Assembly (NCBI GenBank): GCA_965222155.1
Contig: CBDCTH010000012.1
Location: 1,824,001 to 1,888,000 of the forward strand
Length of the DNA stretch: 64,000 bases
Source: Gammaproteobacteria bacterium
GTDB taxonomy: Bacteria; Pseudomonadota; Gammaproteobacteria; Eutrophobiales; Eutrophobiaceae
Reading direction: 5' to 3'
The position numbers were made by a program, and so were the translations under genes. This document shows positions 53,784 through 62,947 of this stretch, one piece after another (within the stretch, counting starts at the first letter, position 1; each line of letters opens with the position of its first letter). The notes below the pieces were generated by a model. It was not told where the DNA came from. It saw only the letters and a list, made by a program, of their open reading frames with translations, and ran no database searches.

Positions 53784-54191
53784 CTACCCTGTTTCGAATG
53801 GATTCAAGAATTCCACACCAAGTATGTCAAAATCACGCCCGTTTCTGGTGACGACCGTCAACCTGTGAACGATGGCCGTTGCAGCAATCATCGCATCCTC
53901 AGTTATGGTGTCTGACTTTCTGTGCATGAGACGCGCCCATTCTCGGAAAGCTGGCGCATTCATCGGTAGTACACTGTAGGAAGCGAGAACTTTGTTGAGC
54001 CAGTCTTCCAACTCCTCTGCCTTTACCACATCCTGCTCCCGGGTAATTTCGATGCCCGCCTGTATCTCCCCGACCGTAACTACAGATACAAAGAGTTGAT
54101 CCGAAGGTATGTTCGTAATCCAATCCAGAACCGCCCGGTGTGGCTGTCGACGTCGCAATTCTGAAACCACCTTGGTATCAAGTAAGTACAC
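53784..54191 (-). CDS. vapC: VapC PIN-domain toxin
   Basis: YLLDTKVVSE...DAMIAATA...VVTRN.RDF; the usual DTN is DTK here. Confidence 0.9.
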   Translation of the reverse strand: MYLLDTKVVSELRRRQPHRAVLDWITNIPSDQLFVSVVTVGEIQAGIEITREQDVVKAEELEDWLNKVLASYSVLPMNAPAFREWARLMHRKSDTITEDAMIAATAIVHRLTVVTRNGRDFDILGVEFLNPFETG

Positions 54192-54195
54192 CTGT

Positions 54196-54456
54196 TTACT
54201 CGACGACCGTTGGCGTCCGTCGGCGGTATTTCAGACGCGGTGGAGTAAGCGTGTCAGCCCGCGCTTCCGGTGTAAGAAGCAATTCCTTCAAGTCAGGTTT
54301 CGCCATCTCCTCTAATCTCCGCCACTGCCCAATAGGGACGAGCACTGCCGTTTCTACGCCACGCTTGGTCACGATCTGCGGTCCATCGGACAGACTAGCT
54401 TTAAGTAATTCGCTGAATCTCGCCTTCGCATCCTGAACCTGCCATATCTTGCTCAT
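54196..54456 (-). CDS. Phd/YefM family antitoxin
   Basis: WQVQDAKARFSELL...GPQIVTKRG motif; GACTAG repeats upstream (54481-54500) are a probable operator. Confidence 0.9.
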   Translation of the reverse strand: MSKIWQVQDAKARFSELLKASLSDGPQIVTKRGVETAVLVPIGQWRRLEEMAKPDLKELLLTPEARADTLTPPRLKYRRRTPTVVE

Positions 54457-54569
54457 ACCGCCCCCAATTATTTGTAAACTGACTAGGCATAAGACTAGTC
54501 TATAACACATGGAAGGTCAAGATGAAGAAGTGCAGTGTGAAAACAGGGCCGAATGGTCATCTTGAAACG

Positions 54570-56840
54570 TCATGACAGCAATCTTACCGGCTCCAACCGA
54601 TCACCCTCAGGCAACACCCTGCCGATAATTGCCGTTCGGGTATAGCCCAGATTACGCAGCTCGCTGAGACACGCTTGTGCCCGCTCTTCCGGGACACCGG
54701 CAAGTAATCCACCGGAGGTCTGCGGATCGAATATCAATGGGTAGCGCAGATATTTTGACGCGCTTTCAACATCACGTATGGCTCGGCGCAAACGCAGGTT
54801 CTCTGGTTGTAATGAGCTGAATATGCCGGCTGCAACCGTCTCCTCGGCACCGGCCAGAAACGGGATGGCGCCCAGGTCGAGCTCAACATCAACGTGAGAA
54901 GGCTTTATCATTTCCACCAGGTGTCCCAGCAGGCCAAAGCCGGTTACATCCGTGCATGCGGTTGCCCCGTGTGCGAACAAACACCCGGCGGCTTCATGGT
55001 TTGATTGCAACATGCTTGCCAGTGCGGCAGCGATCCAGGGCCCTTTTGCCTTGTATCGCATATCGGCCGCAAACAGGGTCCCGGTCCCGATGGCCTTGGT
55101 CAACAGGATTCGATTACCTGCATCCAGGCCGCTTTTATGCAGGATATTCTCCCGGTCAATCAGGCCGTTCACGGAAAAACCCAAAGACAACTCCTCGCCT
55201 TCGCTCGTATGTCCGCCGACCAGTGCCGTACCTGTCTCGTTCAATACCTTGAGGGCGCCTCGCAACATTTGCGAAAGCAATTCTTCAACCTTCTTTTCAT
55301 TAGCGTAGGGGACGGTCACGATAGCCAATGCCGTTTGCGGCTGCGCGCCCATCGCGTATAAGTCACTCAGGGCATGATTTGCGGCCACCTGTCCGAAAAT
55401 ATAGGGATCATCGATAAACGATCGGAATGAATCGACCGTGTGCACCATCACTTTACCGGCAGGAACACTCGCTACGGCAGCATCATCAGGTTCGTGTAAC
55501 CCGATAAGCACATCATCCCGGGAAACCGGTTCAAGTCCTGCCAGTGCGTTTTCAAGCACCGTAGCGCCCACCTTGGAACCGCAACCGCCACAGCGCATGG
55601 CAATGGCGGATATCTCCTTGATCGCGTCCTTATCGACTAACCCGCGGGGAATATCCTGCCGCACCTCCCCCTCCATATCGGGAAGCCGGTTGAACTTGCG
55701 CATGAAGCGGCGATCAATCCAGTCTTTCCAGTTCCACACCCAGCGTCCTTCCAGCGCCCACCAGGAGCGTGAGGCGATGGCATATTTATCTCCCGTGGAA
55801 ATCAGGCTGAGGAATTCTCTTTGCGGGAAAAAGGGTTTAAGGGGACGGTCCAGCAACTTGCGCCGGACATTCGATGACAGAGGCGGTCCCTGACGCACGG
55901 CGAACACACCGGATTTGGGCCGGGGATGGTTAACCACGTGGGCGCTATCACCGGCCGCGAAGATGTCCGCATGTGACACGGACTCAAGTGTATTGTTGAC
56001 TTTGATAAATCCCTGTTCATCAACGTCAAGCCCGGCCTTTGCCAACCACGTCTGGGCGCGGGCCATGGTCACCCATAGTATCTCATCCAGATCAAAGGTT
56101 GCGCCGTTGGCGCATTGCAAACCGCCGGGCCGGACTTCGACCACCTTGTGTCGCGTATGGACGTTGATCTCCCGCTCTGTAAGCACGCGCCGGAACTTGG
56201 CGCGTACAAATCGGTTGTGGGTGGTCAGGACGGCATCAGCATCGGTAAACAAGTGAAATTCAGGAGCTACATTATCCGGCCATTTTCCGGCCAGTAACTC
56301 TTTCAGTCGATATTGAACCGCAAGCGTCAGTTCAACGCCGCCTGCCCCCGCGCCGACGATGCCGATCCGCAAGCCACCCCGGCGCCGTAATACCCGCTCA
56401 CACAGGCTTTGCCAGTTGTCAACAAAACCATCGATGGGTTTGACCGGCGTTACATTGGCGGCAGCGCCGGGGACAGCAGAGATATCAGGCGCGGAGCCAA
56501 CGTTAATTGACAGCACGTCGTAACTCACGTCAGGCCGGTCGCGGCAGATCAGTCTTTTATTGTCCGTATCCAGACCGACCACCTCATCATGGAAAAACCG
56601 GGCGCCGGCAAATCGGGATAAGGGAACCAGGTCGATATGAGCCTCGTCGAAACTATAGTGTCCGGCTATAAATCCTGGCAACATACCGGAATAAGGCGCC
56701 TGCAAATCCCGGCATATCAAGGTCACGCGTACGCCCGGCATGGGCTTCATACCAAGCTTTTTCAACACGGTGACGTGGGCGTGCCCACCACCTACCAGCA
56801 CCAGGTCCTTCAAAACCGGGATATGATTGCTATTCATCAC
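54570..56840 (-). CDS. selD: FAD-dependent pyridine nucleotide-disulfide oxidoreductase - selenophosphate synthetase fusion
   Basis: N-terminal LVGGGHAH / GAGAGGVE. C-terminal MRCGGCGSKV, DDAAV, ALSDLYAMG, GGHT, TDVTGFGLLGHL and DPQTSGGLL. Confidence 0.95.
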   Translation of the reverse strand: MMNSNHIPVLKDLVLVGGGHAHVTVLKKLGMKPMPGVRVTLICRDLQAPYSGMLPGFIAGHYSFDEAHIDLVPLSRFAGARFFHDEVVGLDTDNKRLICRDRPDVSYDVLSINVGSAPDISAVPGAAANVTPVKPIDGFVDNWQSLCERVLRRRGGLRIGIVGAGAGGVELTLAVQYRLKELLAGKWPDNVAPEFHLFTDADAVLTTHNRFVRAKFRRVLTEREINVHTRHKVVEVRPGGLQCANGATFDLDEILWVTMARAQTWLAKAGLDVDEQGFIKVNNTLESVSHADIFAAGDSAHVVNHPRPKSGVFAVRQGPPLSSNVRRKLLDRPLKPFFPQREFLSLISTGDKYAIASRSWWALEGRWVWNWKDWIDRRFMRKFNRLPDMEGEVRQDIPRGLVDKDAIKEISAIAMRCGGCGSKVGATVLENALAGLEPVSRDDVLIGLHEPDDAAVASVPAGKVMVHTVDSFRSFIDDPYIFGQVAANHALSDLYAMGAQPQTALAIVTVPYANEKKVEELLSQMLRGALKVLNETGTALVGGHTSEGEELSLGFSVNGLIDRENILHKSGLDAGNRILLTKAIGTGTLFAADMRYKAKGPWIAAALASMLQSNHEAAGCLFAHGATACTDVTGFGLLGHLVEMIKPSHVDVELDLGAIPFLAGAEETVAAGIFSSLQPENLRLRRAIRDVESASKYLRYPLIFDPQTSGGLLAGVPEERAQACLSELRNLGYTRTAIIGRVLPEGDRLEPVRLLS

Positions 56841-57421
56841 ACCACAAATCCACCCGGGATGGCGCCCATCAACCAGTCCCGGAGAAAGCGCGCCACACTG
56901 CGGTCCACCAGGACGCGAAAGCGCGGTGTATCATCCAGGCGATGGATAATGACTGACAGGTGTTGCAAACGGGTCAATGCATAGCGGCCGGAGGGAAATG
57001 CCTTGCCATCGAGGTCGACCGAACATCCCTCCGCCAGCCTTGCTACAGCATCTTCACCGGATATGTCGATGATACTGTACGCATCGGTCAAATCAGTGAC
57101 GACATACGTGACCTCATTGGATGAATCCTGTAACGCGGTGTTGATACTGTCGATATCTGACGCCGGATTAACTAACAACCAGTCATTTGGCGCCAACCAG
57201 TAAGCTGAGATCTCATTATCCACATTTTCCTGCGGACCTGGCGGTAGTACGATTCCGGTCAGCCTTTCAAGAGGAGTGGTATTCAATTCAGCACCTGGCC
57301 GCGTCTGCAGGCGCAGTTTACGTATATTGTCAACCGCTTGCAGCTTCAGCCGCTCAGTCTGCAGCAACCATGACTGTCCGTCATTTCCTTGCAACGCAAA
57401 TGAAGGATTGATATCAAACAT
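56837..57421 (-). CDS. soxG: Sarcosine oxidase-like gamma subunit
   Basis: WLAPNDWL, VTDLT...ISG, GCSVDL and VDRSVA.FL..WL motifs; operon position. Confidence 0.85.
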   Translation of the reverse strand: MFDINPSFALQGNDGQSWLLQTERLKLQAVDNIRKLRLQTRPGAELNTTPLERLTGIVLPPGPQENVDNEISAYWLAPNDWLLVNPASDIDSINTALQDSSNEVTYVVTDLTDAYSIIDISGEDAVARLAEGCSVDLDGKAFPSGRYALTRLQHLSVIIHRLDDTPRFRVLVDRSVARFLRDWLMGAIPGGFVV

Positions 57422-60380
57422 GCAATCGTTCCCCTTTCGGGTCCCAGGCGGCCGGCACACTGATCACCGCGACATTAACCTGGCCATCGTCATACACGTT
57501 CACTGTCTCACCCAGTCGCTTACTGCCGTCCCGCACCAGTCCCAGCCCCACATAGCGTTGCAGGTTGGGACTGTAACAGGCAGATGTGACATACCCCTGG
57601 GTAGGTGCCGGCGCCGCCGAATGTCTTGCATCGATAACATGGGAGCCGGCAGCAAGCACCCCTCCGTCCTGCGCTGGAGTCAGCCCTACAAATTCCAGGC
57701 GTCCGTCGCTGACATTGAAGGGACGGCTTAAGGATCGTTTACCGAGAAACTCACCCTGCTTCCGGTCTGCCACGTGGCCCCAGCCGATATCCCTGGGCGT
57801 GGTATAACCGTCGGTATCACTGCCTACATGCAGGTAGCCCTTCTCGGTCCGCAATACCGTCAGTGTCTCGATACCGATCGGCATCACCTGCAAGTCTTCC
57901 CCGAGCTGCAACAAGGCGTTCCATAAGGTTGCTCCCCGGTCCGCGGGAACGTTGAGTTCATAACAAAGTTCACCGGTGAAGCTTGCTCTCAATACGCGTA
58001 GCGCTATGTTATCTATAGTACCGGTCGTGATAGCCATATGAGGCAACCCGTTATCGCTGAGATCGATACCGGTCTTCAGTCGCTCAAGCAGTTCTCCGGC
58101 GCGCGGCCCGGATACGGCCACATTCGCCCACTGGCTGGTAACAGGCGTCAGCAATACATCCAGATCCGGCCAGTCACCCTGCAGCAAAGCCTCCATCCAG
58201 GCGTGGATTCGGTTTGCACCGGCGCTGGTGGTATGTACCAGATAGCGGTTCCCGGCAACCCTGGCAAAAATGCCGTCATCGATGATAACGCCGTTTTCAT
58301 TCAGCATCAGGCCATAACGGGCCCGGCCTGTTTTCAGCGAGGTGACGTTATTGATGTAAACCCGGTTCAGAAATTCGGCGGCATCAGGTCCATATACTTC
58401 AAATTTACCCAGTGGCGACCCGTCAAAGAGAACCACAGAGGTACGCGCAGCCACGGCCTCCCGGGCTATGGCCTGCTGCTCGTTTTCACCATTGCGCAGG
58501 TAAACCCGGGGCCGGCGCCAGGGTCCGTAATCGTCAAATTGAGCGTTTAACTGTTCATGACAATCATTCAACGGGCTGCGCTGGACCGGCGCATAGAATT
58601 CACCGCTGTTGCGTCCGGCTATAGCACCCAGTGTTACCGGCAGATAGAAGGGGCGAAAGGTGGTAGTGCCTACTTCTCCGGGTGTCCGATCAGTGCGTTC
58701 CGCCAGGGCAATCAAGGCATTCACATTTGCGGTTTTACCCTGATCTATGGACATGCCCGTGGTGGTATAGCGTTTCATGTGTTCTACGGAGGTATAGTTC
58801 TCGGCTACCGCAATATCTATATCCTGCAGGGTTACGTCATATTGAAAATCAATCCATTGTCTGTCGCTGCGCTGTTCACGCCAGACCCGTTCGATGTGCA
58901 GAGCGTCATCACTACTCGATTGAGCGTGCGGGCGATTGTTTTTTGCTTGGTTGCCACTAGCCTTGTATCCGGCATCCCAGCCCTGCTCCAGCGCTCTATC
59001 CAGGGTCAGGGCGCCGGCCACCATTCCCGCCACATGCACATGGGGAGGAATCAGGTCCGGCAGGAATGCGCCCAGCGAGGAATCGTAGCGCAGCCTGCCG
59101 CGGGCCTGGGTGAAGAGGTGAACCGCCGGCTGCCAGCCTCCGGCCATGGCGACACAGTCACATTGCAGGGTCGCGCTACTCTCCGGATCGTCCCGTTTGG
59201 CGACGGACACGCTATGTACGCCTTTATCACCCCGGCAATCAAGGGGAATGGCATTCTGAAACACTGTCATGCTCTGCTCGCGCAGCACCCGCGCGCCTTC
59301 GCCTGCCGGCTTTTGCCGTGAGTCGATCATAGCCACAACGTTGACGCCTGCATTCATGAGTGCATCGGCAACGCCATATGCGCTGTCGTTATTTGTCGCA
59401 ATGACGATGCGCATTCCCGATGCCACTGCGTAACGGCTACAGTATTGTTGTACAGCACTTGCCAGCATGATGCCCGGGCGATCATTGTTGGGGAACACCA
59501 GGGGCTGCTCGATGGCGCCTGTAGCCAGGACAACCTCTTGCGCGTGGATCTTCCATAACCGCTGCCGCGGCCCTTCACCTGCCCCAGTGATGCGCCGGTC
59601 CTGTACCATTTCAGCGGCGATGACCATGTGATGGTCAAACCAGGCTGAGGCCGTGGTGTTGGTCAACAGTGTAACGTTATCCCGTTGCTGCAAAACGCGA
59701 ACGGTGTCTTCCAGCCATACGCTCCCCGGTTCACCATTAATGCTATCTTCGTTCCAAAGCAGACTACCGCCTAACAAGGTGTCCTGCTCAATCACAATGA
59801 CCCGCGCTGCGTGCTCACTGGCGGTCAGCGCCGCGCTCAGCCCGGCTGGTCCCCCGCCCACAACCAGTACATCACAATGCACGTTGTGGTGAATATATTG
59901 ATCGGGATCATCGTCCGGCGGCAGTTTGCCCAGGCCCGACATACGCCGGATAAACCCTTCGTACCAGCGCCAGCCGGGCCAGATGAAGGTCTTGTTGTAA
60001 AAACCGGCAGGCCACAGGAAATGCAAGTAATCCAGGCTGCGCCCGATATCGAAATTTACACCGGGCCAGCAGTTTTGACTGCGCGCGGCCAACCCCTGGT
60101 ACAATGGCTGCAATGTCGCCCGCACATTGGGCTCTTCCAGTGCGCCCTGCCCCACAGTCACCAGTGCATTACACTCCTCAGCGCCGGCAGCGAGAACGCC
60201 CCGGGGACGATGAAACTTGAAACTGCGTCCCACAACCCGTACCCCATTGGCCAATAATGCCGACGCCAGGGTGTCACCTTCAAATCCATCATAGCGTGTG
60301 CCGTTGAAAGTAAACGACAACGGCTTCTCACGATCTATCCGGCCACCTGATTCAAGCCGCAATGGCTGCGCTTCGCTCAT
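57414..60380 (-). CDS. soxA: Sarcosine oxidase-like alpha subunit
   Basis: GDTLASALLANG..VGRSFKFHRPRG, EHMKRYTTTGM..DQGK and GcvT-like C-terminus (LRTEKG). Confidence 0.95.
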   Translation of the reverse strand: MSEAQPLRLESGGRIDREKPLSFTFNGTRYDGFEGDTLASALLANGVRVVGRSFKFHRPRGVLAAGAEECNALVTVGQGALEEPNVRATLQPLYQGLAARSQNCWPGVNFDIGRSLDYLHFLWPAGFYNKTFIWPGWRWYEGFIRRMSGLGKLPPDDDPDQYIHHNVHCDVLVVGGGPAGLSAALTASEHAARVIVIEQDTLLGGSLLWNEDSINGEPGSVWLEDTVRVLQQRDNVTLLTNTTASAWFDHHMVIAAEMVQDRRITGAGEGPRQRLWKIHAQEVVLATGAIEQPLVFPNNDRPGIMLASAVQQYCSRYAVASGMRIVIATNNDSAYGVADALMNAGVNVVAMIDSRQKPAGEGARVLREQSMTVFQNAIPLDCRGDKGVHSVSVAKRDDPESSATLQCDCVAMAGGWQPAVHLFTQARGRLRYDSSLGAFLPDLIPPHVHVAGMVAGALTLDRALEQGWDAGYKASGNQAKNNRPHAQSSSDDALHIERVWREQRSDRQWIDFQYDVTLQDIDIAVAENYTSVEHMKRYTTTGMSIDQGKTANVNALIALAERTDRTPGEVGTTTFRPFYLPVTLGAIAGRNSGEFYAPVQRSPLNDCHEQLNAQFDDYGPWRRPRVYLRNGENEQQAIAREAVAARTSVVLFDGSPLGKFEVYGPDAAEFLNRVYINNVTSLKTGRARYGLMLNENGVIIDDGIFARVAGNRYLVHTTSAGANRIHAWMEALLQGDWPDLDVLLTPVTSQWANVAVSGPRAGELLERLKTGIDLSDNGLPHMAITTGTIDNIALRVLRASFTGELCYELNVPADRGATLWNALLQLGEDLQVMPIGIETLTVLRTEKGYLHVGSDTDGYTTPRDIGWGHVADRKQGEFLGKRSLSRPFNVSDGRLEFVGLTPAQDGGVLAAGSHVIDARHSAAPAPTQGYVTSACYSPNLQRYVGLGLVRDGSKRLGETVNVYDDGQVNVAVISVPAAWDPKGERLHV

Positions 60381-60670
60381 ACCATTTCTTCCGGGTCAAT
60401 ACCAGGGCGTGCTTCATCCATGCGATACACTGTCAGGATTTCATGACTCAGGGTATGACGCACTACATTGAACCACTGCCGGCAACCATGGCGGTGTTGC
60501 CAGCGTTCAAAATGCAGTCCCTTGGGGTTATCACGAAAAAAGAGATATTCAGCCCATTCCCGGTCCGATACCTGCCCCGCCGGTTCCGGCCGGGCGATAT
60601 GTGCTTGCCCGCCGAAAACGAATTCATTTTCATCACGTTCACCACAAAAAGGGCATGAAATACGCAGCAT
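60377..60670 (-). CDS. soxD: Sarcosine oxidase-like delta subunit
   Basis: CPFCGERDENEF...W.H.HGCRQWF motif. Confidence 0.95.
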   Translation of the reverse strand: MLRISCPFCGERDENEFVFGGQAHIARPEPAGQVSDREWAEYLFFRDNPKGLHFERWQHRHGCRQWFNVVRHTLSHEILTVYRMDEARPGIDPEEMV

Positions 60671-60683
60671 GACAATATCCGGG

Positions 60684-61928
60684 CTAGTGAGCGACACCTG
60701 CCGCGGCCGATTCATCCACCAGGGCGCCGCTCTCAAAACGCTCCAGGGAAAAGGCTTGTATCAATTCATGCGGACGGTCGTTAACGATGGTGTAGGACAT
60801 GGTGTCACCGCTTGCCGGGATGGCCTTGAAACCACCGGTCCCCCAGCCGCAGTTGATATACAGGTTCCGTACCGGTGTCTTACCCATAATGGGACTGGTG
60901 TCCGGCGAAATATCGACAATACCGGCCCACTGGCGCATGAGTTTTAACCGGCTGAAACGAGGATACAACGACAGGAACGCCTGTACATTGGCCTCGATTG
61001 TATTAATACCGCCACGCTGGGCATAGGAGTTGTATACATCGGCGCTGGCGCCCAGGACGATTTCACCGCGATCCGACTGATTCACGTACATATGTACGGA
61101 GCCTGACAAGGTAGCGATATTAAGTACCGGCTTGACAGGTTCGGATACCATGGCCTGCAACGCCATACTGGTGAGTGGTAAACGAAAACCGGCCATTTTC
61201 GCCAGTACACTGGTGTGGCCGGCTACCGTGACATGCACTTTGCCGGCCACAATATCACCCAGGGATGTACGCACTTCGGTCACCGTGCCGTTGCTGATAT
61301 CCAAACCGGTTACGCTACAGTTCTGAATAATATCCACGCCCAGGTTATCGGCAGCGCGGGCATAGCCCCAGTTGACCGCATCGTGACGAGCAATGCCGCC
61401 ACGTTTTTGAATAAACCCACCGACCACGGGAAAACGCGCATTGATATCCAGAAGCGGTTCAATCTCTTTGATCCGTCTTGGCGTCAGGATTTCAGAATCT
61501 ATGCCGTTCAGCTGAATGGCATTGGCCCAGCGCCTGAGCATTTCCATTTCGTGATCACTATGGGCAAGGACCAGCAGGCCGCGCTGGCTGAACATCACAT
61601 TGATATTCAGCTCGCGGCTCAGGCGTTCGTATAACTTCAGGGAATGCTCAAAGAAAGCGGCGCTTTCCGGATAAAAATAATTTGAACGGATAACCTGGGT
61701 ATTGCGACCGCTGTTACCGCCGCCCAGCCAACCGCGCTCCAGCACCGCAATATTGCGGACACCATGCTTTTTTGCCAGGTAATACGCAGTGGCAAGACCA
61801 TGGCCGCCGCCGCCGATGATGACCACGTCATAGGATTTCTTCAACTCCGGGGCACGCCAGGCCGGCTGCCAGCGCTTATGGCCGGTGAGCGCATGGTAGA
61901 CAATCCTGGCAAAAGAATACCTCTCCAC
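60684..61928 (-). CDS. soxB: Sarcosine oxidase-like beta subunit
   Basis: GGGGHGLATAYYLAK, GGNSGRNT, ARHDAVNWGYA and GWGTGGFKA motifs. Confidence 0.96.
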   Translation of the reverse strand: MERYSFARIVYHALTGHKRWQPAWRAPELKKSYDVVIIGGGGHGLATAYYLAKKHGVRNIAVLERGWLGGGNSGRNTQVIRSNYFYPESAAFFEHSLKLYERLSRELNINVMFSQRGLLVLAHSDHEMEMLRRWANAIQLNGIDSEILTPRRIKEIEPLLDINARFPVVGGFIQKRGGIARHDAVNWGYARAADNLGVDIIQNCSVTGLDISNGTVTEVRTSLGDIVAGKVHVTVAGHTSVLAKMAGFRLPLTSMALQAMVSEPVKPVLNIATLSGSVHMYVNQSDRGEIVLGASADVYNSYAQRGGINTIEANVQAFLSLYPRFSRLKLMRQWAGIVDISPDTSPIMGKTPVRNLYINCGWGTGGFKAIPASGDTMSYTIVNDRPHELIQAFSLERFESGALVDESAAAGVAH

Positions 61929-62031
61929 GACAAATTCCCGGTAGCAGTTTAATGTAAATTGATGGTTACATTAGCAGTCATTCCGTGCCCCGGCTTACAA
62001 CATGCCGGGGCAGGCTTGACACGGAAACCAG

Positions 62032-62235
62032 TTATTCCAGTTCGTTAACAACAACATTCTCATCCAAACTCCGTAATAACTCAATCCACCTGTCAACGTA
62101 TTCCTTATCCGAAGGCACAGGCGCTTCGCCTGCTTCGAGTTCACCGCTCATTATGGCTTCTACCACCAGCGAAACCGGAATAGAGACCAGTCTTGCCATG
62201 GCTGATCCTGCGTCGTTGCCGGCGCTGTCCAGCGA
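62032..62235 (-). pseudogene. Orphan 3' fragment resembling a saccharopine dehydrogenase C-terminus
   Basis: SLDSAGNDAGSAMARLVSIPVSLVVEAIMSGELEAG...VDRWIELL...*; in-frame stop directly upstream at 62236-62238. Confidence 0.55.
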
Positions 62236-62248
62236 TTAACCGCAACGG

Positions 62249-62578
62249 CTACCTCATGGCCTGCTCAATGGACCGTTTGACAAACTCATTCAGGTTGAGA
62301 TTGTTTTTTTTCGCTGTTATAAGTGCCTGCCTGTGCAATTCCGGACCAATACGGACATTAAATGAGCCTTTGCACGGTTTGGCGGGTTCCCTGCCAAGCT
62401 TTTCACAATCCAGCAGATAATCGTCAACCGCGTCCTTGAACGCCTGTTCCAGTTCTTCAATGTCTTGACCTTCATAGCTGACCAGCGGTTCGATGAATTC
62501 CAGTTTCCCGTACAGACAATTATCCTCTATGCTGGCTTGTGCAGAACCATAAAAGCCTTTGTATTTGAATAAACTCAT
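62249..62578 (-). CDS. hicB: HicB family antitoxin
   Basis: YKGFYGS...F.DAVDDYL..C...GREP.KP.KGSFNVRI.PELH motif. Confidence 0.93.
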   Translation of the reverse strand: MSLFKYKGFYGSAQASIEDNCLYGKLEFIEPLVSYEGQDIEELEQAFKDAVDDYLLDCEKLGREPAKPCKGSFNVRIGPELHRQALITAKKNNLNLNEFVKRSIEQAMR

Positions 62579-62823
62579 AACAATTTCGCCCGTGACAATT
62601 TGTCTACGACCAATTTGATTGCATATCGTTTTACCTGGTTGTACGGGTGTGGACGATGCAAGTTGATAGTATCGTCCGGGTCACCGTTATCGAATTTTAC
62701 TCTTGAACCATCTCCCTTAATCTCCCTGTATCCCAGTGATTTCAATAATGTGACTAACTCTTTCCAGGTAACAGCTTGTTTGCCATCCAACAATTTGGCT
62801 TTCAACCTATCACGCCTTCCCAT
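62575..62823 (-). CDS. hicA: HicA family toxin
   Basis: W.EL..LL..LGY....GSRVKF...LHRPHP motif. Confidence 0.92.
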   Translation of the reverse strand: MGRRDRLKAKLLDGKQAVTWKELVTLLKSLGYREIKGDGSRVKFDNGDPDDTINLHRPHPYNQVKRYAIKLVVDKLSRAKLL

Positions 62824-62851
62824 AGCTGGAATATATCAAGTGACAGTGTTA

Positions 62852-62876
62852 AATGCAACTGATAGTCAGTTGCATT
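62852..62876. promoter_or_regulatory. Probable hicAB operator palindrome
   Basis: AATGCAACTGA-TAG-TCAGTTGCATT, perfect 11-bp arms, 29 nt upstream of hicA. Confidence 0.7.
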
Positions 62877-62947
62877 GGAGTATAAATGCAGCAAATATCA
62901 GTGATAATCAGGCTCCCTGAATGAGCAACAGAAACAGGTGTCATTAC

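Noticed and set aside
54570-56840. SelD itself as a selenoprotein
   Set aside because: The active-site motif is CGGCGSK with Cys codons and no in-frame TGA.
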